Position numbers and translations under genes: made by a program | Assembly (NCBI GenBank): GCA_951406725.2 | Contig: OX597831.1 | Span: 22,320,001 to 22,384,000 of the forward strand | Reading direction: 5' to 3' | DNA length: 64,000 nt | Source: Octopus vulgaris | Taxonomy: Eukaryota | Notes under the pieces: model-generated | Database searches by the model: none | The model's input: the letters and a program-made list of their open reading frames with translations, nothing else | What the model was told of the DNA's origin: nothing | Part shown: piece by piece, positions 53,940-64,000 of the stretch | How the letters are laid out: each line of letters starts with the position of its first letter | How positions within the stretch are numbered: the stretch's first letter is position 1

Positions 53940-55440
53940 TAAACGCACAAATGTAACCAGCCACACGCACACACACACACACACACATATGCACACACAC
54001 ACACTTACACGGAAGTGCGAACCTAACCTTACCGGACACACATACATGCAAATGCACACAAACACAGAAATACATACGAACGCACCCACACAAACAGTCA
54101 CACACATATACACATAAATGCACGTATACAATCACACATACACACAGACAAATGCACAAAACACACAGACACACGCAAACATACATACACACAGCTAAGC
54201 ATTAGCAACCGAAAACATACACAGCTAAACATACACACGCACACTTACATATACACATGAACATACGCACGCATACGAAGATACACGCACATGCACACAC
54301 GCGCATATACACACACACACACATGCACACATGCACACACATACACACAAACGCACACACGCTCACATACACGCATACACACGCGCACATGCACGCATAC
54401 ACACACGCACACATATACGCGCACACACGCACACATACCCACACATGTACATACGCATACATACAAAGACACGCACACACGCACACATACACACTCACGC
54501 GCACATGCACAGATGCACACACACGCACACACACGCACATACGCACACATACACACACACACAAGCACACATGCACGCACATGCACACACACACATACGC
54601 ACAGATACACACGCACGCATGCACACAACCACGCACACACGCACATACGCACACATACACACATATACACACACGCACATATGCACATATACACACATAC
54701 ACATGCACGCGAATGCAAAGTGTAACCGAAAACATACACAACTAACCACACACACACACACATACATATAATAACTAAAATACACATACTGTCATTATTA
54801 CACACACACACAAATACACACACAGCTAAAGATACGCACGTACAACTAAATACAAACACGCGCGCATATGCATTACTAAACACCTACTGAAGCACACGCA
54901 CGCACACACATATACTTACACACACTCATATATTACACACATGCACATATATACACAAATACACACACATACACACACATATGTACAGACACACGCACGT
55001 AAAAAAAACATACACACGCACACATACACGCATACGGGCACATACGCACACATACACACATGCGCACACGCACACATGCACACAAGCACACACGCACACA
55101 CAAAAACACTCAGTGCAACTGAAAGCATACACAACTAAACATACACACGCGCACACACACACACACACACAGACACACATGCACATACGCACATATACAC
55201 ACATTCACAACCAATCACAAACACACATAGACACATGCACATGCACACACAACTAAAAACACACACAGCTATAGCTAAACATAGGCACAGGGGGTGGTTG
55301 TGTGGTAAGAAGCTTGTTTCTCAACCATATGTTTCCGGGTTCAGTCACACTCTGTGGCACCTTGGGCAAGTGTCTTCTATCGGGGCCGACCAAAGCCTTG
55401 AGAGTGGATTTGGTAGACGGAAACTGAAAGAAGCTTATCG

Positions 55441-55485
<45 letters not shown>

Positions 55486-56170
55486 ATGTGTGTGTGTTTG
55501 CGTCTGTGTTTGTCTCCCCACCACCACTTGAGAACTGGTGTTGGTGTGTTACGTCCCCGTAACTTAGCGGTTCGGCAAAAGACACCGATTGAATAAGTAC
55601 TAGGCTTAGAAAATAAGTACTAAGGTCGATTCATTCGACTAAAAGTTCAAGGCGGTGCCCCAGCATGGCCTCAGTCTAATGATGGAAACAAGTAAAAGGC
55701 AAAAGAGACATATAATTAAAAACAAACATGCACACATACAACTAAAACACACACACACACATATATACACGCACTTAAAACGAAACGCAACCATACACAC
55801 GCACAACCAAAAACACACACGCAGTTAAGCATACACACTCATACAAATAAACATAAACACACATTTACACAACACACACACACACACAGAGCTAGATATA
55901 CTCTTACATATAACAAAACAAACTTTCACACATATATACACAACTAGAAACATGCACAGCTAAATACACACATACACACACAACTAAACCCAAATACACA
56001 CTCACACATCACGCACACACAGAGCTAAATACACAAACACACGCACACATACAACCAAGCACAAGACATACACAGTTCAATATACTTACACATAGACATA
56101 CAGAATCAAAAACACGTACACAATTACGCACAAACGTACACACACAAACATACTCATTAACACACACAAA
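53940..56170. repeat. Degenerate (CA/CG/TA) alternating low-complexity tract
   Basis: Direct inspection. Confidence 0.9.
55283..55708 (+). mobile_element. SINE family A variant
   Basis: Family head, core and GGCGGTGCCCCAGCATGGCC tail. Confidence 0.85.
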
Positions 56171-56272
56171 CCAGAAATATCAAACTAATATGTATTTTGT
56201 ATAAAAGGTTACAACGACACGTTGATTACACAACTATCAACACATCGTTTCCACAATATCTCTTAGAAGTTG

Positions 56273-56311
56273 CCGGAAGTTGCCGGAACTGGTGAATGTC
56301 ATATGACGTCA
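56273..56311. promoter_or_regulatory. Possible ETS (tandem CCGGAA) plus CRE (TGACGTCA) cluster
   Basis: GCCGGAAGTTGCCGGAAC followed by TGACGTCA at 56304-56311 in non-repeat-looking DNA; motif match only. Confidence 0.25.
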
Positions 56312-56712
56312 CACTTTATTGTTGAAACCTTCATTAAAAATAAAATAGAAAAAAACACTCGCAAAACAAAAACAAATAGCAACAAAATAAAAATAACAAG
56401 ATTATATCAAATTTAAATATGTGATATGAACCGATCATAGAAGAGCGATCATTAAATTTGCTTCGTTTCTGCGTTTCTAAACGACATGCTACCACTTTCT
56501 AATTTATATCGACATATTTTTTCTTCTTTTACTTTATCGTCTGCTTCTTCCATTTTTTTTCTTCTTTAATTTTTGTAATTTCCCTCTACAAGCTTTTTTA
56601 AAAATATTTTTGTTAATTTATCGTCTGCGTTTACTCAAGTTATGTTGCATTTCTTGTTTTTGTTTTCTTTGCTTCCTTCCTTCTTATATATCAATTTCTA
56701 ACTTCTGTTTCT

Positions 56713-56765
<53 letters not shown>

Positions 56766-57068
56766 TTCTTTTTTCTTCGTTCTTCTCAATGTTAACCTTT
56801 CCATTTTACCTTCTTCCTTCTTCCATTGCACCATTTTCTTTCCCTTCTGTTTCCTTCTTGCTTGTTTGTTTTCCTTTATCATTTACTTCGACATAAGATA
56901 TTTCATTAAATCGTTGTCATCGTCGTAGTCGCAGTCTACTCGTTTTTATTTTTGTCGTTTTACTTTTAGTTTTTATAGACGCCTTCTCATATTTCTCTTT
57001 CATATTGTATTTCGACACCTCCTTTTTATCTTTCTATCCTTTCTTTTATATTGTCTATTTTCTCTCTT

Positions 57069-57142
<74 letters not shown>

Positions 57143-58057
57143 ATATATATATATATATCCATCGATCGTTATATACTTCTTCACCCGTTTACATCAACTG
57201 TGAATGTAGATATGAAAAATAAAAGAAGTTTTCACTTTTTCTTAAATATTTTCAGCATCATAATTAATTTCTGCAGTATCTTCATACCAACAACAACAAC
57301 AGCAACAGCAGCACCAACAATGCTTTGACCTAGTTTTCAGCACCAGAAAGTGTTTAAAATCTCATAGTGTTTGGTCAAAGCCGTATAGTAGAGACAGTAA
57401 AAAAAAAAAAATTACAAAATGCTTTTAATGAATGGATGCAGCGGAAATTATAACTGCTATGAACTGGTGCAGTGGCGTGGTAAAACAAAATTCGCCTTGA
57501 ATAAATACTTCACCGTTTCTGTCAATTGTTTTTTTCTCCCCAAATTATCAATTACTGCCTCATAGCATTGATCCGTCGTTGTTGCAACTGCACCGAGGTG
57601 TTCTATATGAAAGGAACTTTTAGGAAGGTAATAAAACACGCCCTAATCTGGATGCAAGTAAAAACTTCATTTAGTATCGGTTTCATAGGAGATGGCGCTC
57701 CTTTAATGTGTTATTTCATTGACTGCTGTGTGTTGGATCATAGCTATAAACCTGTCTCTCGTCATCGGTAACGATTCTTATGTGAAACTCTTTTTTGAGG
57801 ATCAAAATCGACAGTGTTAGGGAAGTTATTGCAAAACTCAGCTTCTTTCTGCTATTAAATTCTTGTCCAAGAACGAAGAACTGCTTTAAAAATAAAATAA
57901 AACCTAATCTTATTTATATCACTACTAGAATATTACCCAACATACAACGAGTGGCTTAGGAGGTGTACAACTGCCACCAAAGGTAATACCAGAAAATATG
58001 GGATATACATACACACACGCATACATACATACATACATACATACATACATACATACA

Positions 58058-58091
<34 letters not shown>

Positions 58092-58095
58092 CATA

Positions 58096-58303
58096 TTTGC
58101 AGCTACTATATCAAGATTAGAAGCTCGGGTCAATACCTGTAATTATTGGGGTCCTAGGATATGTAATACACTGACTAAATACCAATCTTGAGAAATTAGG
58201 CTTCTCAAAACTAGAAACGAGGAGGCTAATTCGAAGACAACAGATCCTATCCATCACTGGAACTGTAAAAATCTGTAAAATTTTACACAAGTTTAGCATT
58301 TAA
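58096..58303 (+). pseudogene. R4/Dong-like LINE C-terminal relic
   Basis: LQLLYQD*KLGSIPVIIGVLGYVIH*LNTNLEKLGFSK...ITGTVKICK. Confidence 0.75.
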
Positions 58304-58632
58304 ATATATATGAGCATGTCTAGATGTGCAAGTATATGCATGAGAAGACATACATAAAATAAAACATACATACATACATACATACATACATACATACATA
58401 CATACATACATACATACATACATACATACATACATACAAACAAAAAAACCCTGTTGTTGATGTTGAAATTCTAATGAAGAAGCCTTGGATCTAGGTTAGA
58501 AACCAGCTCTTTCTCTGTTGGCAATAAATCTTGAAATAAAACTGAGCAATGACATATATACATACATATATATATATACAGACACATACATACAGACATA
58601 TACATACATACATACATACATACATACATACA

Positions 58633-58666
<34 letters not shown>

Positions 58667-58893
58667 CACACGTACATACTTACAAACACGCACATACAAA
58701 CACAGGCACATACATACATACGTACATACATAAACACATACATACATAATATACATATGTACATACATACATACATAGACACATACATACATGTATACAT
58801 ATATAGACGCACATACATACATGTGAATGATGTGAAGCTGATGATTATTTCTTTTTATCTTGGGTGCAATTTTAATTAGAATATATTGTTTTT

Positions 58894-59018
58894 AGGCGCA
58901 GGCGTGTCTATGTGTTAGGAAATTTGCTTTCAAACCACATGGTTTCGGGTTCAGTCCCACTGCGGAACAGCTTGTCTTTAACTATAGACTCGGCCCGACC
59001 AAAGCTTTGTGATAGATT

Positions 59019-59084
<66 letters not shown>

Positions 59085-59290
59085 TCTGTATGTGTATATA
59101 TCTGACAACCACTTGACAACTATTGTTGGTGTGTTGGCATCCTCGTAACTTAGCGGTTCGGCAAACGATTTCAATAGAGTAATTACCAGGCTTAAAAAAT
59201 GTGTTGGGGTTGATTCATTCGACTAAAATTCTTCAAGGTCGTGCCCCAGCATGGCCGTAGTCTAATGACAGAAACAAGTAAAAGGTAGAA
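58894..59290 (+). mobile_element. SINE family A variant, diverged
   Basis: AGGCGCAGG...GGGTTCAGTCCCACTGCG head; GTGCCCCAGCATGGCCG tail. Confidence 0.8.
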
Positions 59291-59542
59291 AAAAAAAAGA
59301 ATCAATATGTAATGGACTCTTCCGTGTCGAAGATGACGAATGAGCGTTCAGCTTTTTGCCGAACGACATGCAAAAATTATTCGCTTATAGTGATCAAATG
59401 TTCGTGCCGCACTTTGGCTCGCTCCTTCCATCAAATTGACGTTGTCTGAACAGGTGTACGGCGTGGCAGGTGTACTTGCTCTACTAAAGGCGGTGCTCCA
59501 GCATGACCACAGTCACATGACTGAAACAAATAAAAGAGTAAA

Positions 59543-59671
<129 letters not shown>

Positions 59672-60850
59672 AAAGGCGGTATCAAGTGACTGAAACAAGA
59701 AAAGTAAATATATAAATAAACAATAATTATAATAAAATGTTATCACATCTCATTTCTTTGTGCTAATGTACAATGGTGATACGAATTTCAGTTCTGAAGA
59801 AAAAAGGGAAATATTTATTACTTTAAAATTTAATGAACCAAATTTCTCATTTGCATATTTGCAACGAATATGTTATTACTTTTCTAAAGTTTGAAGTCAT
59901 TATATTCTGAACTACATTAATTTTCTTTTTTTTTTATCTTTCTGGATTCGATAAAATAAAGTAACAGTTAAATACCATCCTTGTGCCAAAATTAGAAAGA
60001 ATTATATTTTCGAAATTTTATCAATATAATCGCAATCTACTACATCGAAAAACCAATCTCGGCAAAATTTCATTCCAAAACTGTTTATTTTTCGGTAAAT
60101 TATAATACACTGTTCCTGCACCCCTATTCTTAACTCTCTCTGGGTTTCTCGTTTATCGTCTCTCCGCTCCCTCCAAATCGTGGCTGGACCAACCAATCAA
60201 TCATTCAACCAAGACACCAACCAACATTTATATCAGCTATCATAAAATTAAATAGATATGTTTACGTCCTGTTTGACTTACTTAACAGAGCGTTTCCTCG
60301 TGTACAATGTTTCCTGTTGTCATTTTCCGATCTGATGAGAATAGACTTGTACCAACCAAGATTTGTCCGTCCGTCCGCTTGCTTGAAGTTGAAGGAAGAC
60401 CGTAAAGAACTTGGTCACACTCTGATTCCCGACTCTCTCTAAACCATTCCTTCCATTTCCCGATAGATTGTGGAGCCATTGCTTTGCAGCATTAAACTAT
60501 CGGCAATTCATAAAAGGTTTGCATAGTTCATTTCTCTTGTTATATCATAAAAGTCCATTATATCTCTTTGTTGTAGCATATTTTCATGGCAATCATTACT
60601 GTGATATCGGTAGAAATGTATAACCTTTAACTAATAAATATTTTATCTCTCTACTTTCAGTTCCACTTCATTTGTCTTATTTTATTTTTTTGTATTTTAT
60701 GGCATGGAAACTTTTATGACACAAAACTTTTTGATCGCATAAAACTTTTGGAGCGCCACGCATGTTTATTTACGTGTGTGTGTGTTTGTTGGCGTGTGTT
60801 TTAGCATGCGCATGTGTACTTATCTATCTACCTGTCTGTCTGTCTCTTTG

Positions 60851-60936
<86 letters not shown>

Positions 60937-61154
60937 AATCGGTTAGTCAGTTTGTCTGTGTGTCTCTGTGTATGTGTCTGTGTGTGTGTGTCTGTGTGTG
61001 TCTCTGTGTGTGTGTCTGTTTGTCTATCTTCCTGTCTATCAGTCTGTCAGTTAGTTTGCGAGACTGTGTTCGCCTGTGTGTCTGTCTGTGTGGGGCTGTC
61101 TGCATGTCTGTGAGTCTGACTGTGTGTGTGTCTTTCTGTCTGTCCGTCTGTCTT

Positions 61155-61229
<75 letters not shown>

Positions 61230-62803
61230 CCACACAAACACATACATACACACATGCATAAATGTGTGAGTGTTTATTAAAACAGAGACTGGAATATGTG
61301 GTACCGTTTTAATGTCTTTATGAATATACATATTGATATCAATAATAACATAAATTCATAATAAATATATACATATATGTGGAACATCTCCCATGTATAA
61401 ATCCAGATTCAAAATCATATATATGTGTGTGTGTGTGTATGTTTATGTATGTACATGTGTACTTGATGTGTATGTGCGTGTATGTGCGTGCGTGTGTGTT
61501 GCACAGACGTTCAAAGGGACATGACATGTACGGATGTTACCACATACCCCAACCAATAAGCCACGAACCTTCATGGAACATGTCCAATATAAGTTGCCAC
61601 AGTGTAGGTATTACGCGGCCACAGCAATAGCAACAATATAAAAACAAAACTTATCATAAAACCTTAGCTGACTTTCCCCATGACAGACAAATTCTCAAAA
61701 AAAAAAAAAATCCTCGATCGCACCAAAGAAGAAAGAAACACCATTATACCATGCTGACGTTTCTGCTAGCGTCACATTAACATTTAAATAGGGCTAACAT
61801 AGAACATTTTCAAAAGATCTTGGTTCTAACATATTGGAGCATCTCTTCTGAGTATCCGTATAAAATCTACAGCACTTTCCATGCACATTTGGAAATTAAA
61901 GAATGCTGGAATAAAGAAGAATCTTACGCGGATAATTATAGATAAAACTCCAGCATGCATGAACGGATCCAAGTCCTGCGAACACGGCATGACAGAGAAA
62001 CTCTACATCAACCACGCCTACTATCTGCTTGAGCAAAATTTAACTAATCTCAACTAGTCACAGTTTGCCTATATTCCAGTCAACAAACTCGAAAGAGGAT
62101 ATACTTTCAAATTACAAGCTCCACTAGCCACACGGTTAATCAAATGACCAACCGTAACTGCAAATATGCTACAAAATAAGCCACGTAATTAATCATGAAA
62201 CGGAAACGCTTGTAGGCGATGATACGTGTCAACAACACCTGATTTAGCCAAACGATTAGCTCTACAATATTTCTTGCTTTTATTCATTAATATGGACTGA
62301 TGTCCTCTAGAATAGGTGACTTATCACGTGACCAACCTCTTCACGAAGAACACAACTAATTAAAAGCCTCCCAGCAGCTTTAGCTATCGCAAACACCAGT
62401 GTTTTTATTTCAAACTCATCGTTGAGAAGTCTTTCCCAACAGCCACCGACCGAAACCTTTGTATATAAAGACAATTCCGTTTGTCAAAAGGCAACTGTAT
62501 GTCTGCGTGTATATGCTTGTATGTATCTGTATACATATTTATATCGATATATGTGGCCATATACACACGCGCACACACACACACAATATGCGTATACGCA
62601 AGTAAATATATTTTCACACACACAGAAACACACACTCACACATTTACGTATATGTATGCATATATATTATATAGATACCTGAACTTGTGTATAGAGGCCT
62701 ATATCTAAGGTATAAAGGTGGGCGGCTTTTGAAAGGATAGTGTACATAATTATCTATACATATACCTATGAATATATATATATGCTTACACACACACATA
62801 TAG

Positions 62804-62836
<33 letters not shown>

Positions 62837-62962
62837 TGTATGTATGTATGTATGTGCCTCTATATCTATCTACTTACAGATCTTTTTTCTGTCCTCCGTT
62901 CTGTGTAATATATATGATGTAATATTATATCAACTATGCATGCTTTTATGAGCACATACATA

Positions 62963-63019
<57 letters not shown>

Positions 63020-63062
63020 CATATGTATATATGCATATGAATATATACATATGTATATATAC

Positions 63063-63115
<53 letters not shown>

Positions 63116-64000
63116 GACACACACACATATATACATATATACATACATATATATTTATATATACATACACGCATAAAATATACATATGCGTATGTGTGTA
63201 TATATGTTTAGATTATATAATATTACATATATCTTATACAGAAGTACGGACTGGATAACGATTGGTGGGTAGATAGGTAGATAAACGCATACATGCATCC
63301 AGTACACACATCCGCACATATACGTATACTTCCTCACACACACACACAGATACTCAGAGACGCATACATGTATCTGTGCACGCATAGAAAACACACACAC
63401 ATACATATACACCGAAACGCACTCATACGCATAAACTTTGATCTCATCAAAGCTTTCATGTCATAATCTATCGTCTAAAACGACAAACTGTTTGACATTA
63501 AGCTGTTCTATGTATCACTGATTTGTGGCAAAGTAGTAAAGTATGAAAGGATGAAGAAGGAAGAGAGGAAGAAAAGCGTGAATGTATTAAATAAACCATT
63601 AAAAGGGAAAGATTTTATTACATTTTATCAACTGTGGTGTGCTGCAAGGTCTTGCTGTCTCCAGCACTCTTCCCTCGTCACTTCAATTTCTTAGTTGCTG
63701 TTTACTGTTATATCTAACCCTGCACGCATTTCTGTGTAGATGGCACAACTGTTAACGTCTATTTGGCGCGTCTCCAGTCTAAAAAAGGAGCCTCATCTCG
63801 TTAGTCAGACTGTTAGAAATATCAGCTAGATCTTCCTTAAGTTACTCCCTTTGTCGTATGAAAGGAGAAGGACAGATTCGATAATCTCAATCTAGATGCA
63901 ATGTGTCGACTTAAATAAACGGAATGGTGATAGCCGTAATGCTTTTGATCATGTGTCTGTTTGTTAAGGACTGAACAGCAACAACAACAGCAACAACAAC

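Noticed and set aside
60282-60479. 65-aa ORF ending beside a GTAAGT donor-like site; CTGATGA at 60332
   Set aside because: A stop codon precedes the donor, there is no recognisable domain, and no GAAA or stems complete a hammerhead.

Overview
Very AT-rich, repeat-saturated eukaryotic DNA. The SINE families and the microsatellite load suggest a cephalopod, probably Octopus (inference). No host protein-coding gene can be supported, and nearly all ORF-track entries are microsatellite artefacts. Recognisable elements are CR1/L2-group LINE copies, a degenerate Penelope-like (PLE) RT, RTE and R4/Dong LINE relics, mariner and maT-type transposase relics, a MITE and many tRNA-derived SINEs. The main finding is a hammerhead-ribozyme 'retrozyme' system. 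A ~495-nt tandem unit at 8208-10616 carries five intact type I hammerheads in a palindromic array that also mirrors 1.4 kb of flank. An unrelated 401-nt terminally redundant unit at 35062-35522 carries a canonical GUC hammerhead. Minimal hammerheads lie at 32150 and 45072. Most of these inserts sit in (TA)n tracts, and a PLE RT relic (a plausible mobiliser family) lies next to the main array. All RNA pairings were read by eye; no folding or database search was run.
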